DNA of 64,000 bases. It comes from Alphaproteobacteria bacterium. GTDB lineage: Bacteria > Pseudomonadota > Alphaproteobacteria > UBA2966. The stretch covers positions 448,001 to 512,000 of the forward strand of contig OZ219858.1 in the NCBI GenBank assembly GCA_964291395.2, in the 5' to 3' direction. The notes under the pieces are model-generated. The model had not been told where the DNA came from, did no database searches, and saw nothing but the letters and a program-made list of their open reading frames with translations. Positions 1 through 11,600 of this stretch are shown here, piece after piece; the first letter of the stretch is position 1; every line of letters begins with the position of its first letter. Position numbers and translations under genes: made by a program.

Positions 1-313
1 TGTCCAGGGCCGAGAGATGATCGAGGAGCCGGAAGTTCTGAAAGACCACGCCGATGCGGCGGCGAAGATCCGGCAGTTCATCGCGTGGTGTCGACGCCAC
101 GTCATGGTCGAAGATCGAGACCGAACCGCGCGAGGGCTGGTGGGCGAGATACATCAAGCGCAGCAAGGACGTCTTCCCCGCGCCGCTCGGACCGGTCAGG
201 AAATGGTAGGAACCGGGCCCCAAATGAAAGGTGATGTCGCGCAGCACTTCGGGTTCGTCCCCGTAGCGCATGCCGACATTCTCGAAACGGACCAAACGGT
301 TCGCTCCCGCCAT
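1..313 (-). CDS. ftsE: Cell division ATP-binding protein FtsE (5' part; runs off window start)
   Basis: Manual minus-strand translation LVRFENVGMRYG...FLTGPSGAGKTSLLRLMY...RRIGVVFQDFRLLDHLSALD (Walker A, Q-loop); divergent from the MJ0042 zinc-ribbon gene as is usual in Alphaproteobacteria. Start ATG 313 or TTG 295. Confidence 0.85.
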   Translation of the reverse strand, partial: MAGANRLVRFENVGMRYGDEPEVLRDITFHLGPGSYHFLTGPSGAGKTSLLRLMYLAHQPSRGSVSIFDHDVASTPRDELPDLRRRIGVVFQNFRLLDHLSALD

Positions 314-447
314 ACGTGAACGGATCCGGCAATCGCCAGAAAGTGAAGGATTCCATAGGGCTAGCCCGGCGTCCAGTGGTGTCCGAGCGACCTTGCCCGG
401 CATTCTGCAAACCCCTATAACGACTTCCGCGACCGCGGGATTGTAGA

Positions 448-1308
448 ATGATACTGACCTGCCCCTCGTGTGAGGCCCGCTTCAACGTCGACCCCGAAGC
501 TTTGCTGCCGAACGGGCGCACCGTTCGTTGCGGCAAGTGCGGCTACACCTGGAGGGAGACGCCGCCCGAGGACATGCCGAAGCGGGTCGAGGAGATCGAG
601 CCACCGGCGCCGGTCGTTCCCGAACCGGACGATATCGACAGCCATCCCGAATACGGGAACGTCGGTGACGACGCCATCCGCAGCGGGGACGACCGCACCG
701 GCGTCCCCGGCATCGAGGGCGGCGCGAACGAGGCGCGGAGCGAGGACGATTTCGAACTCTCCGACCACACGCCTCGGACGCGCAGCCGGCGCCGGCAACG
801 CCGGACCAGGGGCCTCGGGCCGATGGTCACGTGGAGCGCGATCGTCGGCATCATCGCGATCATCTTCGGGGGCGGCTTCTTCGCCCGCGACGAGATCATC
901 GATACGTGGCCGCCGGCGACGATGCTCTACGGGCTGGTCGGTCTTGCCCCCGAACCCGGTTTCGGGCTCGAGCTCGACACCGAGGATCCGATCCTGGCGC
1001 GCGACGGCGACATGGCTGTTCTCGTCATCAAAGGCGAAGTCGTGAACACCTCATCCCGTCCCCGCACCGTGCCCAAGCTGCAGGGAAGTCTACAGGACGC
1101 CGACCAGAACGAGATCCACAGGTGGACATTCTCGGCGGTCCCCGAGGAACTGGCGCCCGGCGAGAGAGGGACGTTCAACACGCGGGTGCCGAACCCTCCG
1201 GAAGGCGTACGGAGAGCCCCAGTCACCTTCGTCGAAGGCCAAGGAGGCCTGCGTGCTTGGACGGGCCGTCCCACGCCCGACGCAACTTCGGGGAAATCCT
1301 CCAAGTGA
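448..1308 (+). CDS. MJ0042-type zinc-ribbon / DUF3426 membrane protein
   Basis: MILTCPSCEARF...GRTVRCGKCGYTW, acidic linker, one TM helix, C-terminal GEVVN...VPKL domain. Confidence 0.85.
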   Translation: MILTCPSCEARFNVDPEALLPNGRTVRCGKCGYTWRETPPEDMPKRVEEIEPPAPVVPEPDDIDSHPEYGNVGDDAIRSGDDRTGVPGIEGGANEARSEDDFELSDHTPRTRSRRRQRRTRGLGPMVTWSAIVGIIAIIFGGGFFARDEIIDTWPPATMLYGLVGLAPEPGFGLELDTEDPILARDGDMAVLVIKGEVVNTSSRPRTVPKLQGSLQDADQNEIHRWTFSAVPEELAPGERGTFNTRVPNPPEGVRRAPVTFVEGQGGLRAWTGRPTPDATSGKSSK

Positions 1309-1853
1309 CTCCGCCTTCGGGCGAAGTGCGTACGCTCTTCAGCGAGACGGAGATTTCGGCGCGCGTCGATCGGATCGCCCGGGACGTCGCCGACCGGATT
1401 GGAGCCGACCTCCTGGTAGTCGCGATCCTCAAGGGAAGCTTCGTATTCACGGCCGACCTCATCCGGGCGCTCCACCGCGCCGGGGTGCGGCCCCAGATCG
1501 ACTTCATGCAGCTCGCAAGCTATGGCATGGGCACGGAAAGCTCCGGGCAGATCGAGGTGGTCCGCGACCTCACCGACCCGGTGGAAGGGCGCGACGTTCT
1601 GCTCGTCGACGATATCCTCGATTCGGGCCGCACCCTGTCCTTCGCCCGGGACCGGCTGCTGCGGACCGGCGCGCGCCGGGTGCAACTCTGCGTGCTCCTC
1701 GACAAGCAGGCCCGACGGGTGCAGCAGGTCGACGCAGACTTCGTCGGCTTCGAGTGTCCCGACGAATTCATCGTCGGCTACGGTCTGGACCACGCCAACT
1801 TCTACCGGGAACTGCCTTTCATCGGCGTCCTCGAAGACCCCCCGCAGGTGTGA
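1305..1853 (+). CDS. hpt: Hypoxanthine phosphoribosyltransferase
   Basis: ILKGSFVFTADLIR, VLLVDDILDSGRTL PRPP motif, FIVGYGLD; GTG start overlaps upstream TGA (GTGA). Confidence 0.93.
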   Translation: MTPPSGEVRTLFSETEISARVDRIARDVADRIGADLLVVAILKGSFVFTADLIRALHRAGVRPQIDFMQLASYGMGTESSGQIEVVRDLTDPVEGRDVLLVDDILDSGRTLSFARDRLLRTGARRVQLCVLLDKQARRVQQVDADFVGFECPDEFIVGYGLDHANFYRELPFIGVLEDPPQV

Positions 1854-1927
1854 GAGCGACGGCCCGACATCGGTTCAGGGGCGGAACCGCCCTCCCTCTC
1901 CATCATGTGGAAGTCCTTGATGTGCCC

Positions 1928-4372
1928 CTAGAACCGCTTGAGCAGCCGGTCGATGTAGTCGAGTTCGGGCGGCGGCCGGGTCCGCTGGCCGGCACGCCGG
2001 TGCAGCTCGTCGAGAATTTCCCTGGCCTTCTGCAACGACGCCTTGTCGGGGACCTTGACGTTGTCGCCGGTGTCGATCCCCGCGCCCGGCATGGGCCGGC
2101 CCAAGGGATCGACGTCGTCGCCGCCCATGGGCCCATCGTCCATGCCGATATCGCTCAGCATCTGCTGCATGATCGCCCCGGCACCCGCCCGCAATGACTC
2201 CAATGCGTTGGTCTGAGGACCGATCGCCTGATCGTTGCGGTTGCGCACCAGCGCCTCCCGTGCCGCCCGCATCGACAACTCACCTTCGCCGAGTGCCTCG
2301 GGGATGTCTCCGCCGTTCTCCCCGAGCCGCCGCATGATCTCGCCCAGCATGCGGCGCAACGCCTCCTGAACGCCGGCATCCGCCCGCGCATCCGGCATGG
2401 GTTGCCGCCCGCGCCGTCCCGGGCCTTGCATGTCGCGCTGAGCCCGCCGAAAGCTCCGATCCAGGAGTTGCTGCTGGCGCAGCATCAGCTCGCCGAGGTC
2501 GCGAAGATTCCGCTGACCCTGCCGCTGAGCTTCCCGCTGCTGACTGGACATGACCCCGGCGCGGAGATTCTCGAGGATGTCGCGGAGCTGCGACAGCAGC
2601 TCCCGCGCCGCCTCCTTGGAACCCATGCGACTCAACTCGCGGGCCCGGTCCAGCAGGCGTTGCAGGTCATCGCGGCTGAGCGACAGGATATCGCTCTCGA
2701 TCGCCTGGAGCCCTGCAGTGTCTTCCGCCGCCTGAAGAGCCTGTTGCGCCAGCGCCTGCAGATATCGGTCGAGCGCCTCCTGAAGTTCGTTCATCAGACG
2801 CTCGATCTCATGGGGCGGCGCATCCCGGGCCAACGCTTCGAGCAGCGCCTGCTCCAGCATGCGGACTTCGCGCTCGGCAATGGAGAGCGCGCCGTCCTCG
2901 ATGCGCAGCGCCGTATCCCAAAGCATCTGCCGCACGTCGTTCACGACGGCGTCCCCGCCGGCGCGCTCCAACCGCCGGCGCGCCGAGTTCAGCGTGAGGA
3001 AGGCGACGTAGTCGTCGTAGTAGTCGCCGGGGGCCGCCGCGATTGCACCGAGCGCCCGGGCGATGTCCTGGCGGGCCCCGGGCTCCGAGGCGAGGCGCTT
3101 GCGCTGCTCGATAATGGCCTTGGCCACCGGATGCCTGAACCGCCGCTCGGGCAGTGTGATGTCGAACGTTTCGCTGAACCCGGACTGCCCCATCTGATCT
3201 TCGGCGCGCAGGCGCACATGCACGGGCAGCCCCGCCCAGGCGTGGGGCGTCAGATCCTGGTACACGGTATCGTTGGAGGTCCTGACATTGGGGCCGGAAA
3301 GGACAAACTCGATCTCTTCCAACTTGTCGGTCCCGGCCAGGCGAATCTCCAGCTTCACGGCAGCCAAGCCGTAATCGTCGTCGGCGCTGTAATCGATCCT
3401 GAGAGCCGCGCGTTGAGTTTCGACGGGAAGCCCGTTGAAGGCGATCGTCGGGGCCAGATCCAGCACGGTATCCAGCCTCCAGGCACCGAGTTCCTGATCC
3501 GACTGGCTGATGACCATATGCCGCGCGGAACCGATGGCCGTCCGAAGTTCATAGACATCCGCTTCGACCATGGTGAAGGGAACCGCGCGTTGATCGAGGC
3601 TGAGGGCCGGCAGACCCCTGCCGCCGTTGACCTTCGCAAGAAGCTCGCTGCCCGCGGGAACCTGGATGGTCTCCAAGGACCTCGGCGTCTCGGGCGCCTC
3701 CGGGTCCGCGGGCTCCGGCTGCTTGAGCAGGACCGGCGGGAGCCCGGTATACGTGGGCGGCGCGACCCAGGCCTCGACAGTGGCGGCGACGACTCGTTCG
3801 TCGGCGAAACTGGGCGCCACGCCCGACGCCAGGCGCTGCCAGGACTCGCCGCCCGCCACCGAGCCTCCGACGACCACCAGCAGAGCGACGGCAGCGCGCA
3901 GCGCCCGCGCGTCGAACCGGGCCAAACCGGGACTGGGAAAGCCGATGCGAAGCCTGCGAACGCTGGCGAGCGCGCGGCGGCGGTGAAGGCGCCAAAGTTC
4001 CCGCGTGCCTTCATCGTTGCCGGCCGTCGCCAGGGTGTCTTCGAGGGTGGTCAGCGGCCGGTGAAGCAATTCGCTCTGCGTCTCGAGGCGCCGCCGGGCG
4101 TCTTCGCTATCGGGCATCGACAGGCCGGACAGTCCACGCCACAGCGCCCCGCCAACGGCACCGGCGAACGCGAGCAGGGCGACGACGTGGACCCAGCCGC
4201 TGACCAAGGCCCAGACGTCCAACAGGGACAGCGCGATGAACAGACCGGCGACTCCCGCGGCGGGCCACAGCGCAAGCCACAACCGCTCCCAGAGCAACAC
4301 GATGCGGGTGATCAGGAACTTGCGTCGGAGCGCGCGAACGACGGCCGACGCGCGGATTTCGCGTCGTTTCAT
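1928..4372 (-). CDS. TIGR02302 / DUF4175 family membrane-anchored coiled-coil protein
   Basis: LLWERLW, AWVAPPTYTGLPP, DDYGL, DLTPHAWAG, C-terminal ELDYIDRLLKRF; downstream of lysA with ATGA overlap. Confidence 0.85.
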   Translation of the reverse strand: MKRREIRASAVVRALRRKFLITRIVLLWERLWLALWPAAGVAGLFIALSLLDVWALVSGWVHVVALLAFAGAVGGALWRGLSGLSMPDSEDARRRLETQSELLHRPLTTLEDTLATAGNDEGTRELWRLHRRRALASVRRLRIGFPSPGLARFDARALRAAVALLVVVGGSVAGGESWQRLASGVAPSFADERVVAATVEAWVAPPTYTGLPPVLLKQPEPADPEAPETPRSLETIQVPAGSELLAKVNGGRGLPALSLDQRAVPFTMVEADVYELRTAIGSARHMVISQSDQELGAWRLDTVLDLAPTIAFNGLPVETQRAALRIDYSADDDYGLAAVKLEIRLAGTDKLEEIEFVLSGPNVRTSNDTVYQDLTPHAWAGLPVHVRLRAEDQMGQSGFSETFDITLPERRFRHPVAKAIIEQRKRLASEPGARQDIARALGAIAAAPGDYYDDYVAFLTLNSARRRLERAGGDAVVNDVRQMLWDTALRIEDGALSIAEREVRMLEQALLEALARDAPPHEIERLMNELQEALDRYLQALAQQALQAAEDTAGLQAIESDILSLSRDDLQRLLDRARELSRMGSKEAARELLSQLRDILENLRAGVMSSQQREAQRQGQRNLRDLGELMLRQQQLLDRSFRRAQRDMQGPGRRGRQPMPDARADAGVQEALRRMLGEIMRRLGENGGDIPEALGEGELSMRAAREALVRNRNDQAIGPQTNALESLRAGAGAIMQQMLSDIGMDDGPMGGDDVDPLGRPMPGAGIDTGDNVKVPDKASLQKAREILDELHRRAGQRTRPPPELDYIDRLLKRF

Positions 4373-5664
4373 GCCGCGCCCCGTTCCCGGTCGGCGCCGA
4401 AGCCGCCGAGCCATGAGGGTATCCGCTCCAGACTAAGCATTTCAGCCATGGTCTGGTGCCTGCGCACGATCTCGAACACATCGCCGTTGACCAGAACCTC
4501 GGCGGCCAGCGGTCGGCCGTTGTAGTTCGACGACATGACGGCACCGTAGGCGCCTGCGGTGCGGATCACCAGCAGATCGTCCGTGACGAGCGGCGGCATG
4601 GGACGGTCTCGTGCGAATACGTCGCCTGATTCACAGATCGGGCCGACGATGTCCATGGGCAGGGACTCCGCATCCGCAGCCGGTTCCCGCGCCGGCAGGA
4701 TCGCGTGACGCGCGTTGTAGAGACTGGGTCGCAGCAGATCGTTCATGGCCGCGTCGAGCACCGTGAAGGTGCGGCCCGCGGAATTCTTGACGTAGAGCAC
4801 GCGGCTCACCAGCACGCCAGCGTTGCCGACGATGACCCGGCCCGGCTCGAACACGAGCTCGCAGCCGATACCCGACGTGACCTTCCGAACCATCTCGCCG
4901 TATTCGGCAGGGCTCGGCGGCGTCTCACTTTCGTACGGCACGCCGAGGCCGCCGCCCAGATCGAGGCGGCGGATGTCGTGGCCGTCGGCGCGCAGCCGGC
5001 CGACGATATCCACGATCCTTCCGAATGCCGTCTCGAAGGGCCGGAGCGTCGTGATCTGAGAACCGATATGGACCGCCACGCCGATGATCTCGATACCGGG
5101 CAGCGCGGCGCCACGGGCGTAGACGTCGCGGGCTTCGGGCCAGGGAATGCCGAACTTGTCCTTGTGCCGACCGGTAGAGATCTTTTTGTGCGTCTTCGCA
5201 TCGACGTCCGGATTGACCCGGACGGCGACCCGGGCGGTGACACCCGACGCGGCGGCGAGCCCGGACAGCAGCTCGAGCTCCTCTGCCGACTCGATATTGA
5301 ACTGGCCGATGCGGGCGTCGAGGGCGAGGGTCAGCTCGTTCCGGCTCTTGCCCACGCCCGAGAAGACGACGTGTTCAGGCGCGATACCCGCGGTCAGTGC
5401 GCGCTCCAGTTCGCCGCCCGAGACCACGTCGGCGCCCGCGCCGAGTTGGGCGAGGGTGCGGATGACGGCGAGATTGGCGTTGGCCTTGACGGCATAGCAG
5501 ATAGTCGCGTCAACGCCCGCGAGCGCATCGCTGAACACGCTGTAGTGGCGCCGCAGGGTCGCCGTCGAATAGCAGAAGAACGGAGTCCCCACCTCCGCCG
5601 CAATCCGGGCGACCGGTACGTCTTCGGCGTGAAGCTCGCCGTCGCGGTACGCGAAGTGGTCCAT
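4369..5664 (-). CDS. lysA: Diaminopimelate decarboxylase
   Basis: MDHFAYRDG, YAVKAN, DVVSGGEL, HIGSQI, EPGR, GPICESGD. Confidence 0.96.
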   Translation of the reverse strand: MDHFAYRDGELHAEDVPVARIAAEVGTPFFCYSTATLRRHYSVFSDALAGVDATICYAVKANANLAVIRTLAQLGAGADVVSGGELERALTAGIAPEHVVFSGVGKSRNELTLALDARIGQFNIESAEELELLSGLAAASGVTARVAVRVNPDVDAKTHKKISTGRHKDKFGIPWPEARDVYARGAALPGIEIIGVAVHIGSQITTLRPFETAFGRIVDIVGRLRADGHDIRRLDLGGGLGVPYESETPPSPAEYGEMVRKVTSGIGCELVFEPGRVIVGNAGVLVSRVLYVKNSAGRTFTVLDAAMNDLLRPSLYNARHAILPAREPAADAESLPMDIVGPICESGDVFARDRPMPPLVTDDLLVIRTAGAYGAVMSSNYNGRPLAAEVLVNGDVFEIVRRHQTMAEMLSLERIPSWLGGFGADRERGAA

Positions 5665-5732
5665 GATGCAAGCGGCTCGCAGGCTTCGTCCCGTTCCTCG
5701 GCCGTCAGCATGGGGCAAAGGTGGGAATTCGT

Positions 5733-5873
5733 CTAACGCCTTTTTGTCTCTTCCTTCTCGGGCGGCGGTTCCAGCTCGCCCTTCTTGCCGCACGCGGACA
5801 GCGTGCCGGCGGCGCCGACGGCGATGATCAGGGCCGCGAGGAGCAGGAGCCCCCGCGTCGGACGCCGGCTCAT
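5733..5873 (-). CDS. Small lipoprotein (LptM/LppL-like)
   Basis: Signal peptide plus lipobox [14 protein letters not shown]; typical position between argH and lysA; ATGA overlap with argH stop. Confidence 0.75.
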   Translation of the reverse strand: MSRRPTRGLLLLAALIIAVGAAGTLSACGKKGELEPPPEKEETKRR

Positions 5874-7294
5874 GTTCCCCCCAATCGCTGCCGAGCCTCG
5901 TCGATCGCCTGGCGGACGCGCTCGGGCGCCGTGCCGCCGTAGCTGGTGCGGCTCGAGACGGAATTCTCGACGCCGAGAACGGCGATCGCGCCGGCGGTGA
6001 TTCCCGGTTCGATTCCCTGCATCTCGGCGAGGGGTACGTCCTCCAGAGCCACGTCCTTCGAGTCCGCGATGCGTACGATCTGGGCGGTCACCCGGTGCGC
6101 CTGGCGGAAGGGCATCGAAAGCTCCTTGACCAGCCAATCCGCCAGATCCGTTGCCGTCGCATGGCCTCTGCCCGCCGCATCTTCCATCGCCGCCCCATGG
6201 ACCGTCATGTGGGCGATCATCGCCGTTACGGCGGCGATGCACAACGAAACGGAGTCCATCGCATCGAACACCGGTTCCTTGTCCTCCTGCATGTCTTTCG
6301 CATAGGTAAGCGGCAGACCCTTCAACACGATCAGCAGCGCGTTCAGGGCGCCCATGACGCGCCCCACCTTACCCCTTACCAGTTCCGCGGCATCGGGGTT
6401 CCTCTTCTGGGGCATCATCGAAGAACCCGTCGCCAGCGTGTCGGGCAGCGAGATGAAGCCGAACTGGGCAGTCGACCACAACACGATCTCCTCCGCGAGC
6501 CGCGAGAGGTGCACCGCGCAGAGCGACAGGCAGCCCAGGAATTCGACCGCAAAGTCGCGATCCGAGACGGCGTCCATGGAATTCGCGGTCGGCCCGTCGA
6601 AACCCAGGGCCTCGGCCGTCATGTCCCGGTCGACGGGGATGGACGTGCCGGCGAGCGCCCCCGATCCCAGCGGATTCCGGTTGAGCCGCCTGCGGCAATC
6701 GGTCAGCCGAGAGCGATCCCGGTCGAACATCTCGAAATACGCCAGGAGGTGATGGCCCAACGTCACGGGTTGGGCGCTCTGGAGGTGCGTGAATCCCGGC
6801 ATGATCGCCGCCGCGTGTTCCTCGGCCCGGGTCAGCAACGTTTCCTGCAGTGACTTGAGCGCAACTCCGGTCTCGTCGATGGCGTCCCGAACCCAGAGCC
6901 GGAAGTCCGTGGCGACCTGGTCGTTGCGGGACCGCGCGGTGTGGAGTCGTCCGCCCGCGTCCCCGATCAGCTCCGTGAGACGCGCTTCGATATGCATGTG
7001 GATGTCTTCCAGAGCCGCCGAGAAGGAGAATGCGCCTGAAGCGATCTCCTCCTCGATCCGATCGAGGCCCTTCAGGATCTCGTAACCGTCGGCTTCTGGA
7101 ATTATTTGCTGCGCAACCAACATATTGCAGTGCGCGCGCGACGCTTCGATGTCGTGCGCGTAAAGACGCCGGTCGAAGTCGACGGAGGCGTTGATCCGCT
7201 CCATGACCGAGTGGGGCTCGCCGGCGAACCGGTCGCGCAGTAATCCGTGAGGGCTCTGCCGCCCCCTTGACGGCCCGGTCGAGTCATCGTTCAT
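5870..7294 (-). CDS. argH: Argininosuccinate lyase
   Basis: [37 protein letters not shown]. Confidence 0.97.
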   Translation of the reverse strand: MNDDSTGPSRGRQSPHGLLRDRFAGEPHSVMERINASVDFDRRLYAHDIEASRAHCNMLVAQQIIPEADGYEILKGLDRIEEEIASGAFSFSAALEDIHMHIEARLTELIGDAGGRLHTARSRNDQVATDFRLWVRDAIDETGVALKSLQETLLTRAEEHAAAIMPGFTHLQSAQPVTLGHHLLAYFEMFDRDRSRLTDCRRRLNRNPLGSGALAGTSIPVDRDMTAEALGFDGPTANSMDAVSDRDFAVEFLGCLSLCAVHLSRLAEEIVLWSTAQFGFISLPDTLATGSSMMPQKRNPDAAELVRGKVGRVMGALNALLIVLKGLPLTYAKDMQEDKEPVFDAMDSVSLCIAAVTAMIAHMTVHGAAMEDAAGRGHATATDLADWLVKELSMPFRQAHRVTAQIVRIADSKDVALEDVPLAEMQGIEPGITAGAIAVLGVENSVSSRTSYGGTAPERVRQAIDEARQRLGGT

Positions 7295-7324
7295 TGCACT
7301 ACCTCAGCCACACAGCGTATTCGC

Positions 7325-7936
7325 ATGAGTCACAGTTCTAGAATAAGGGGTTTGACGGCCGCGTGGGCGGCAATCCTCACGGTCACCGGGTTGCTCGCCT
7401 CGACGGCCACCGGGTTCGCCGCATCCGGGCTGAGCGAGCTGTCCGTCGGCCAGATGCAGAACTTTTCCTTTTTCGACCCCCCGAAAGCCGCACCCGATAT
7501 CACGTTCATCGACGCCGAGGGCCGAGAACTGAGCCTGCGGGATTTTCGCGGCAAGTTCGTCCTTGTCAATCTCTGGGCGACCTGGTGCGGTCCTTGCCGC
7601 CGCGAAATGCCGTCGCTCGACCGGCTGCAGTCACGCCTGGGCGGCGGAGATTTCACCGTCCTCGCACTATCCCAGGATCGCAAGGGTCCCGACGCGGTGG
7701 CGAAATTTCTGGCCGAGATCCGCACCGAGAACCTCGACGTCTACGTCGATACTTCTGCCCGGTCCGCCCGCCGGCTCGGCGCCATCGGCTTGCCCACCAC
7801 GGTGCTCCTCGACCGGGACGGTCAAATCATTGGCCGCCTGATCGGCTCGGCCGAATGGGATTCCGACGAGGCCGCACGCCTGATCAAGACTGTCATCCGG
7901 GAAGCGGCGCGCAAGACCGCAGCCAACCGGCCCTAG
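7325..7936 (+). CDS. tlpA: TlpA-family thiol:disulfide oxidoreductase
   Basis: VNLWATWCGPCRREMP, GLPTT; divergent from argH. Confidence 0.88.
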   Translation: MSHSSRIRGLTAAWAAILTVTGLLASTATGFAASGLSELSVGQMQNFSFFDPPKAAPDITFIDAEGRELSLRDFRGKFVLVNLWATWCGPCRREMPSLDRLQSRLGGGDFTVLALSQDRKGPDAVAKFLAEIRTENLDVYVDTSARSARRLGAIGLPTTVLLDRDGQIIGRLIGSAEWDSDEAARLIKTVIREAARKTAANRP

Positions 7937-7943
7937 AATGTCC

Positions 7944-8828
7944 CTATCGGGTCGGAACCGGCGGCTCGCTCGCGTAGTCGTAGAAACCGCGCCCCGATTT
8001 CCGTCCCACCCAGCCGGCGTCCACGTACTTCACCAGCAGCGGGCAAGGCCGGTATTTGGAATCGGCGAGGCCGTCGTACAGAACCTGCATCACGGCGAGA
8101 CAGGTATCGAGTCCGATGAAATCGGCGAGCTGCAGGGGCCCCATGGGGTGATGGGCGCCGAGGCGCAGCGCCGTGTCGATAGCTTCCACGTTGCCGACGC
8201 CCTCGTACAGCGTGTAGATCGCCTCATTGATCATCGGTAGCAGGATGCGGTTGACGATGAAGGCGGGGAAGTCCTCGGCGCTCGCCGGGGACTTGCCCAG
8301 TTTGCGGGCGACATCGGTGACGCAGGCATAGGTGTCCTGATCCGTGGCGATACCGCGGATGACCTCGACCAGCTCCATCATCGGAACCGGGTTCATGAAG
8401 TGCATGCCGACGAACTTCTCGGGCCGGTCGGTGGTCGCCGCGAGACGCGTTATCGAGATCGACGACGTGTTGCTGGCGATCAGGGCCTCGGACTTCAACA
8501 ACGGACAAAGCGCCGAGAAAATGTCGATCTTGACCTGCTCGTTCTCGACGGCGCTTTCGATGACGAGATCGGCGTCCGCGAGGGAGTTCATGTCGGTCGA
8601 GGTGGAGATGCGGGCGAGCGCGGCCGCGGACTCGTCCTCGCCGATCGTCCCGCGGGACACCTGCCGGCTCATGTTCTTCTCGATCGTGGCCAGGGCACCC
8701 TCGAGCTGATTCCGGCTGATGTCGTTAAGGATGACGTCGTAGCCCGCCAGAGCGCTCACGTGCGCGATACCGTTGCCCATCTGGCCGGCACCGATGATGC
8801 CGATCTTCCGGATCTCGGCGGCCGTCAC
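7944..8828 (-). CDS. hbd: 3-hydroxybutyryl-CoA dehydrogenase
   Basis: [48 protein letters not shown]; GTG start inferred. Confidence 0.92.
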   Translation of the reverse strand: MTAAEIRKIGIIGAGQMGNGIAHVSALAGYDVILNDISRNQLEGALATIEKNMSRQVSRGTIGEDESAAALARISTSTDMNSLADADLVIESAVENEQVKIDIFSALCPLLKSEALIASNTSSISITRLAATTDRPEKFVGMHFMNPVPMMELVEVIRGIATDQDTYACVTDVARKLGKSPASAEDFPAFIVNRILLPMINEAIYTLYEGVGNVEAIDTALRLGAHHPMGPLQLADFIGLDTCLAVMQVLYDGLADSKYRPCPLLVKYVDAGWVGRKSGRGFYDYASEPPVPTR

Positions 8829-8844
8829 TCCCTTGCCTGCGTCG

Positions 8845-9789
8845 TCAGAGGCCAATCTTCTCCAGCTCCTTCTCGAGTTCGGGCAACACGTCGAACAAGT
8901 CCGCCACCAGCCCGAAGTCGGCGACCTGGAAGATCGGTGCTTCCTCATCCTTGTTGATCGCGACGATGACTTTGCTGTCCTTCATGCCGGCGAGGTGCTG
9001 GATCGCCCCGGAAATCCCGACGGCGACGTAGAGCTCCGGCGCCACGATCTTGCCGGTCTGACCGACCTGATAGTCGTTGGGGACGAAACCCGCGTCGACC
9101 GCGGCGCGGGAGGCGCCGACCGCGGCCCCCAGCTTGTCCGCGACGTTCTCGATCAAATAGAAGTTGTCGCCGCTCTGCATGCCGCGCCCGCCCGAGACGA
9201 TCACGCGGGCCGACGTCAGTTCGGGACGCTCGTTCCTGCTGACGTCACTGCCGACATAGATCGAGATGCCCGGGTTCTCCGCCGCTGCAATCTCCTCGAC
9301 CACCGCACGTCCGCCCGAGGCTTCGGCGGCGGCGAAGGCCGTGGTGCGGACGGTGATGAACTTGGTGGCATCCTCGCTCCGAACCGTGGCCAGCGCGTTG
9401 CCGGCATAGATCGGCCGCACGAAGGTGTCGGAGGACACCACTTCCTGGATGTCGGAGACCTGCGCGGCATCCACGAGGGCGGCGGCTCGGGGCATGAAGT
9501 CCTTCCCGAACGTGTCGGCCGGTGCCAGGATCGCGTCGTAGTCGCCGGTCAGCGAGACGAGCAGCGGCGCCATGATCTCCGCCAGGTGATGCTCGTACGC
9601 GGCGTCCTCGGCGAGGAGGACCTTGCTTACACCCGCGACGCCCGCTGCCGCGTCGGCGACGGATCGGCAGCCCGCCCCGGCCACGAGAACATGCACGTCA
9701 CCGCCAATCTCGGTGGCCGCGGTGACCGTGTTGAACGTCGCCTCCTTGAGCTCCGCGTTATCGTGTTCCGCTACGACGAGGACGGCCAT
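8845..9789 (-). CDS. etfA: Electron transfer flavoprotein alpha subunit
   Basis: [40 protein letters not shown]. Confidence 0.96.
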   Translation of the reverse strand: MAVLVVAEHDNAELKEATFNTVTAATEIGGDVHVLVAGAGCRSVADAAAGVAGVSKVLLAEDAAYEHHLAEIMAPLLVSLTGDYDAILAPADTFGKDFMPRAAALVDAAQVSDIQEVVSSDTFVRPIYAGNALATVRSEDATKFITVRTTAFAAAEASGGRAVVEEIAAAENPGISIYVGSDVSRNERPELTSARVIVSGGRGMQSGDNFYLIENVADKLGAAVGASRAAVDAGFVPNDYQVGQTGKIVAPELYVAVGISGAIQHLAGMKDSKVIVAINKDEEAPIFQVADFGLVADLFDVLPELEKELEKIGL

Positions 9790-10538
9790 CAGATCACCCC
9801 CGCTTCCTTGTGAAGCTTGTCGACGAGCTCCGCGACGCTCTCTACCTTGATTCCGGCTTCACGGCCGGGTGGCTCGGTCACCTGCACGGTCTTGAGGCGC
9901 GGCGTGACGTCGACACCCAGTTCCTCCGGGGTCTTCTCCCCGATCGGCTTCTTCTTGGCCTTCATGATGTTGGGGAGGCTGGCATAGCGTGGCTCGTTCA
10001 GGCGCAGATCGGTGGTCATGACGCAGGGTACTCTCACGTCGACCGTTTCGAGGCCGCCGTCCACCTCACGGGTGATCCGGGCGCTCTCGTCTCCGATGTC
10101 CAGCTTGGAAGCGAAGGTCGCCTGGGGCCAGCCCAACAATGCCGCCACCATCTGCCCCGTCTGATTCGAATCGTCGTCGATCGCCTGCTTGCCGAGGATG
10201 ACGAGACCGGGCCGTTCCTCCTCGATCACGGCCTTGAGCAGCTTCGCCACCGCCAGCGGCTGCAGCTCCTCGTCCGTCTTCACGTGGATGCCGCGGTCCG
10301 CTCCCATGGCCAGCGCCGTGCGGATGGTCTCCTGGCACTGCTGGGGGCCGAGACTGACGGCGACGATCTCCTCCGCCTTGCCGGCTTCCCGAAGCCGGAT
10401 CGCCTCCTCGACGCCGATCTCGTCGAACGGATTCATCGACATCTTGACGTTCGTCGTCTCGACGCCCGTCCGATCGGCTTTCACGCGAACCTTGACGTTG
10501 TAGTCGATGACTCGCTTTACCGCGACGAGTACTTTCAT
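9789..10538 (-). CDS. etfB: Electron transfer flavoprotein beta subunit
   Basis: [50 protein letters not shown]. Confidence 0.96.
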   Translation of the reverse strand: MKVLVAVKRVIDYNVKVRVKADRTGVETTNVKMSMNPFDEIGVEEAIRLREAGKAEEIVAVSLGPQQCQETIRTALAMGADRGIHVKTDEELQPLAVAKLLKAVIEEERPGLVILGKQAIDDDSNQTGQMVAALLGWPQATFASKLDIGDESARITREVDGGLETVDVRVPCVMTTDLRLNEPRYASLPNIMKAKKKPIGEKTPEELGVDVTPRLKTVQVTEPPGREAGIKVESVAELVDKLHKEAGVI

Positions 10539-10802
10539 GTCTGGTCTGCTCCGGAACGATGGGGCATGCAGGCAGCGGACTCGCGCGATGCCCTGCCCGA
10601 AAAGCCGCGAAAACCGGTGGATTTCCCCGGTTTTCGCGACGCAGAATATGTCTGCCCACGGGTCGAGTCAACGCGCGCCCGAATGCGCCGCACGGGAGCT
10701 GGAAACCGCCTCCTTCGTCCGAGTCCGCATACGGAAGCGAGGCACGGTCGGGGTGGGGGAAGGACAGGGCGAGAGGCGATGGAACCGTTTGGCGCCCGAT
10801 AT

Positions 10803-11369
10803 CTACCGATTGGCGCCGGGGCGCCAGAGAACGTCCTTCCCTCCCTTGTCGTTCAGATGCCGCGCGAGGACGAACAGGTGGTCGGAAAGGCGGTTGATGA
10901 ACTTGATCGCCTGCGGGTTGACGGGCCCGGTCTCGGAGAGCTCGACCATGAGACGCTCCGCCCGGCGGGTTACCGTGCGGGCGAGATGGAGATAGGCGGA
11001 CGCCGCCGAGCCCCCGGGCAGGACGAACGAGGCGAGGGGCGTCAGGCCCTCGTTCATCTCGTCGATCTCGCTCTCCAGGCGGTCGACCTGAGCCTGGGTG
11101 ACGCGGAGCGCCGTTCCGCTCTCCGAAAAATCATCGCCCGGCGTGCAGAGGTCGGCGCCGATGTCGAACAGGTCGTCCTGGATGCGGGCCAGCATGTCGT
11201 CGGCCGGACCCGTCGTATGCAGCCGCGCCAGACCCACCGCGGCGTTGGCCTCGTCGGTGGTGCCGTATGCGGCGACGCGGACGGCGTTCTTCGGCAATCG
11301 CGTACCGTCGCCCAGCGACGTCTGTCCGCCGTCGCCGCCCCGCGTGTAGATCTTGGTGAGCTTGACCAC
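10803..11369 (-). CDS. Cob(I)alamin adenosyltransferase (PduO/MMAB type)
   Basis: KIYTRGGDGG, YGTTDEAN, FVLPGG, RRAER, NRLSDHLF. Confidence 0.92.
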   Translation of the reverse strand: MVKLTKIYTRGGDGGQTSLGDGTRLPKNAVRVAAYGTTDEANAAVGLARLHTTGPADDMLARIQDDLFDIGADLCTPGDDFSESGTALRVTQAQVDRLESEIDEMNEGLTPLASFVLPGGSAASAYLHLARTVTRRAERLMVELSETGPVNPQAIKFINRLSDHLFVLARHLNDKGGKDVLWRPGANR

Positions 11370-11379
11370 GTCGCACGCC

Positions 11380-11583
11380 TCACATGAAGAGATCGTCGTA
11401 GAAAAACCAGAGCGCGAGGAGAGCCACCGTCGCGCCCTGCGAGATGACGCGGCAGCGCATCAGAATGTTGCCGTACTTCCTGTTGAATTCCCCGCCCCTG
11501 AACATGCTGACCATGCCCGTCCCCATGACGATCAAGGTAACCGCGAGGCCGATGATGGCGAGGGCGCCGACGACGGTCTTCAT
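11380..11583 (-). CDS. HIG1-like twin-transmembrane-helix small protein
   Basis: Two hydrophobic helices around GGEFNRKYGNILMRCRV; conserved position upstream of the adenosyltransferase. Confidence 0.75.
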   Translation of the reverse strand: MKTVVGALAIIGLAVTLIVMGTGMVSMFRGGEFNRKYGNILMRCRVISQGATVALLALWFFYDDLFM

Positions 11584-11600
11584 GGCGGGACGCCCGGCAC

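Noticed and set aside
17-319. 100-aa plus-strand ORF
   Set aside because: Antisense shadow of ftsE.
2402-4525. 707-aa plus-strand ORF and similar long ORFs (9810..11387, 11736..13514, 33517..35928, 37767..39851, 51468..53261, 55339..57228)
   Set aside because: Antisense shadows of well-supported genes; expected in high-GC DNA and without family motifs.
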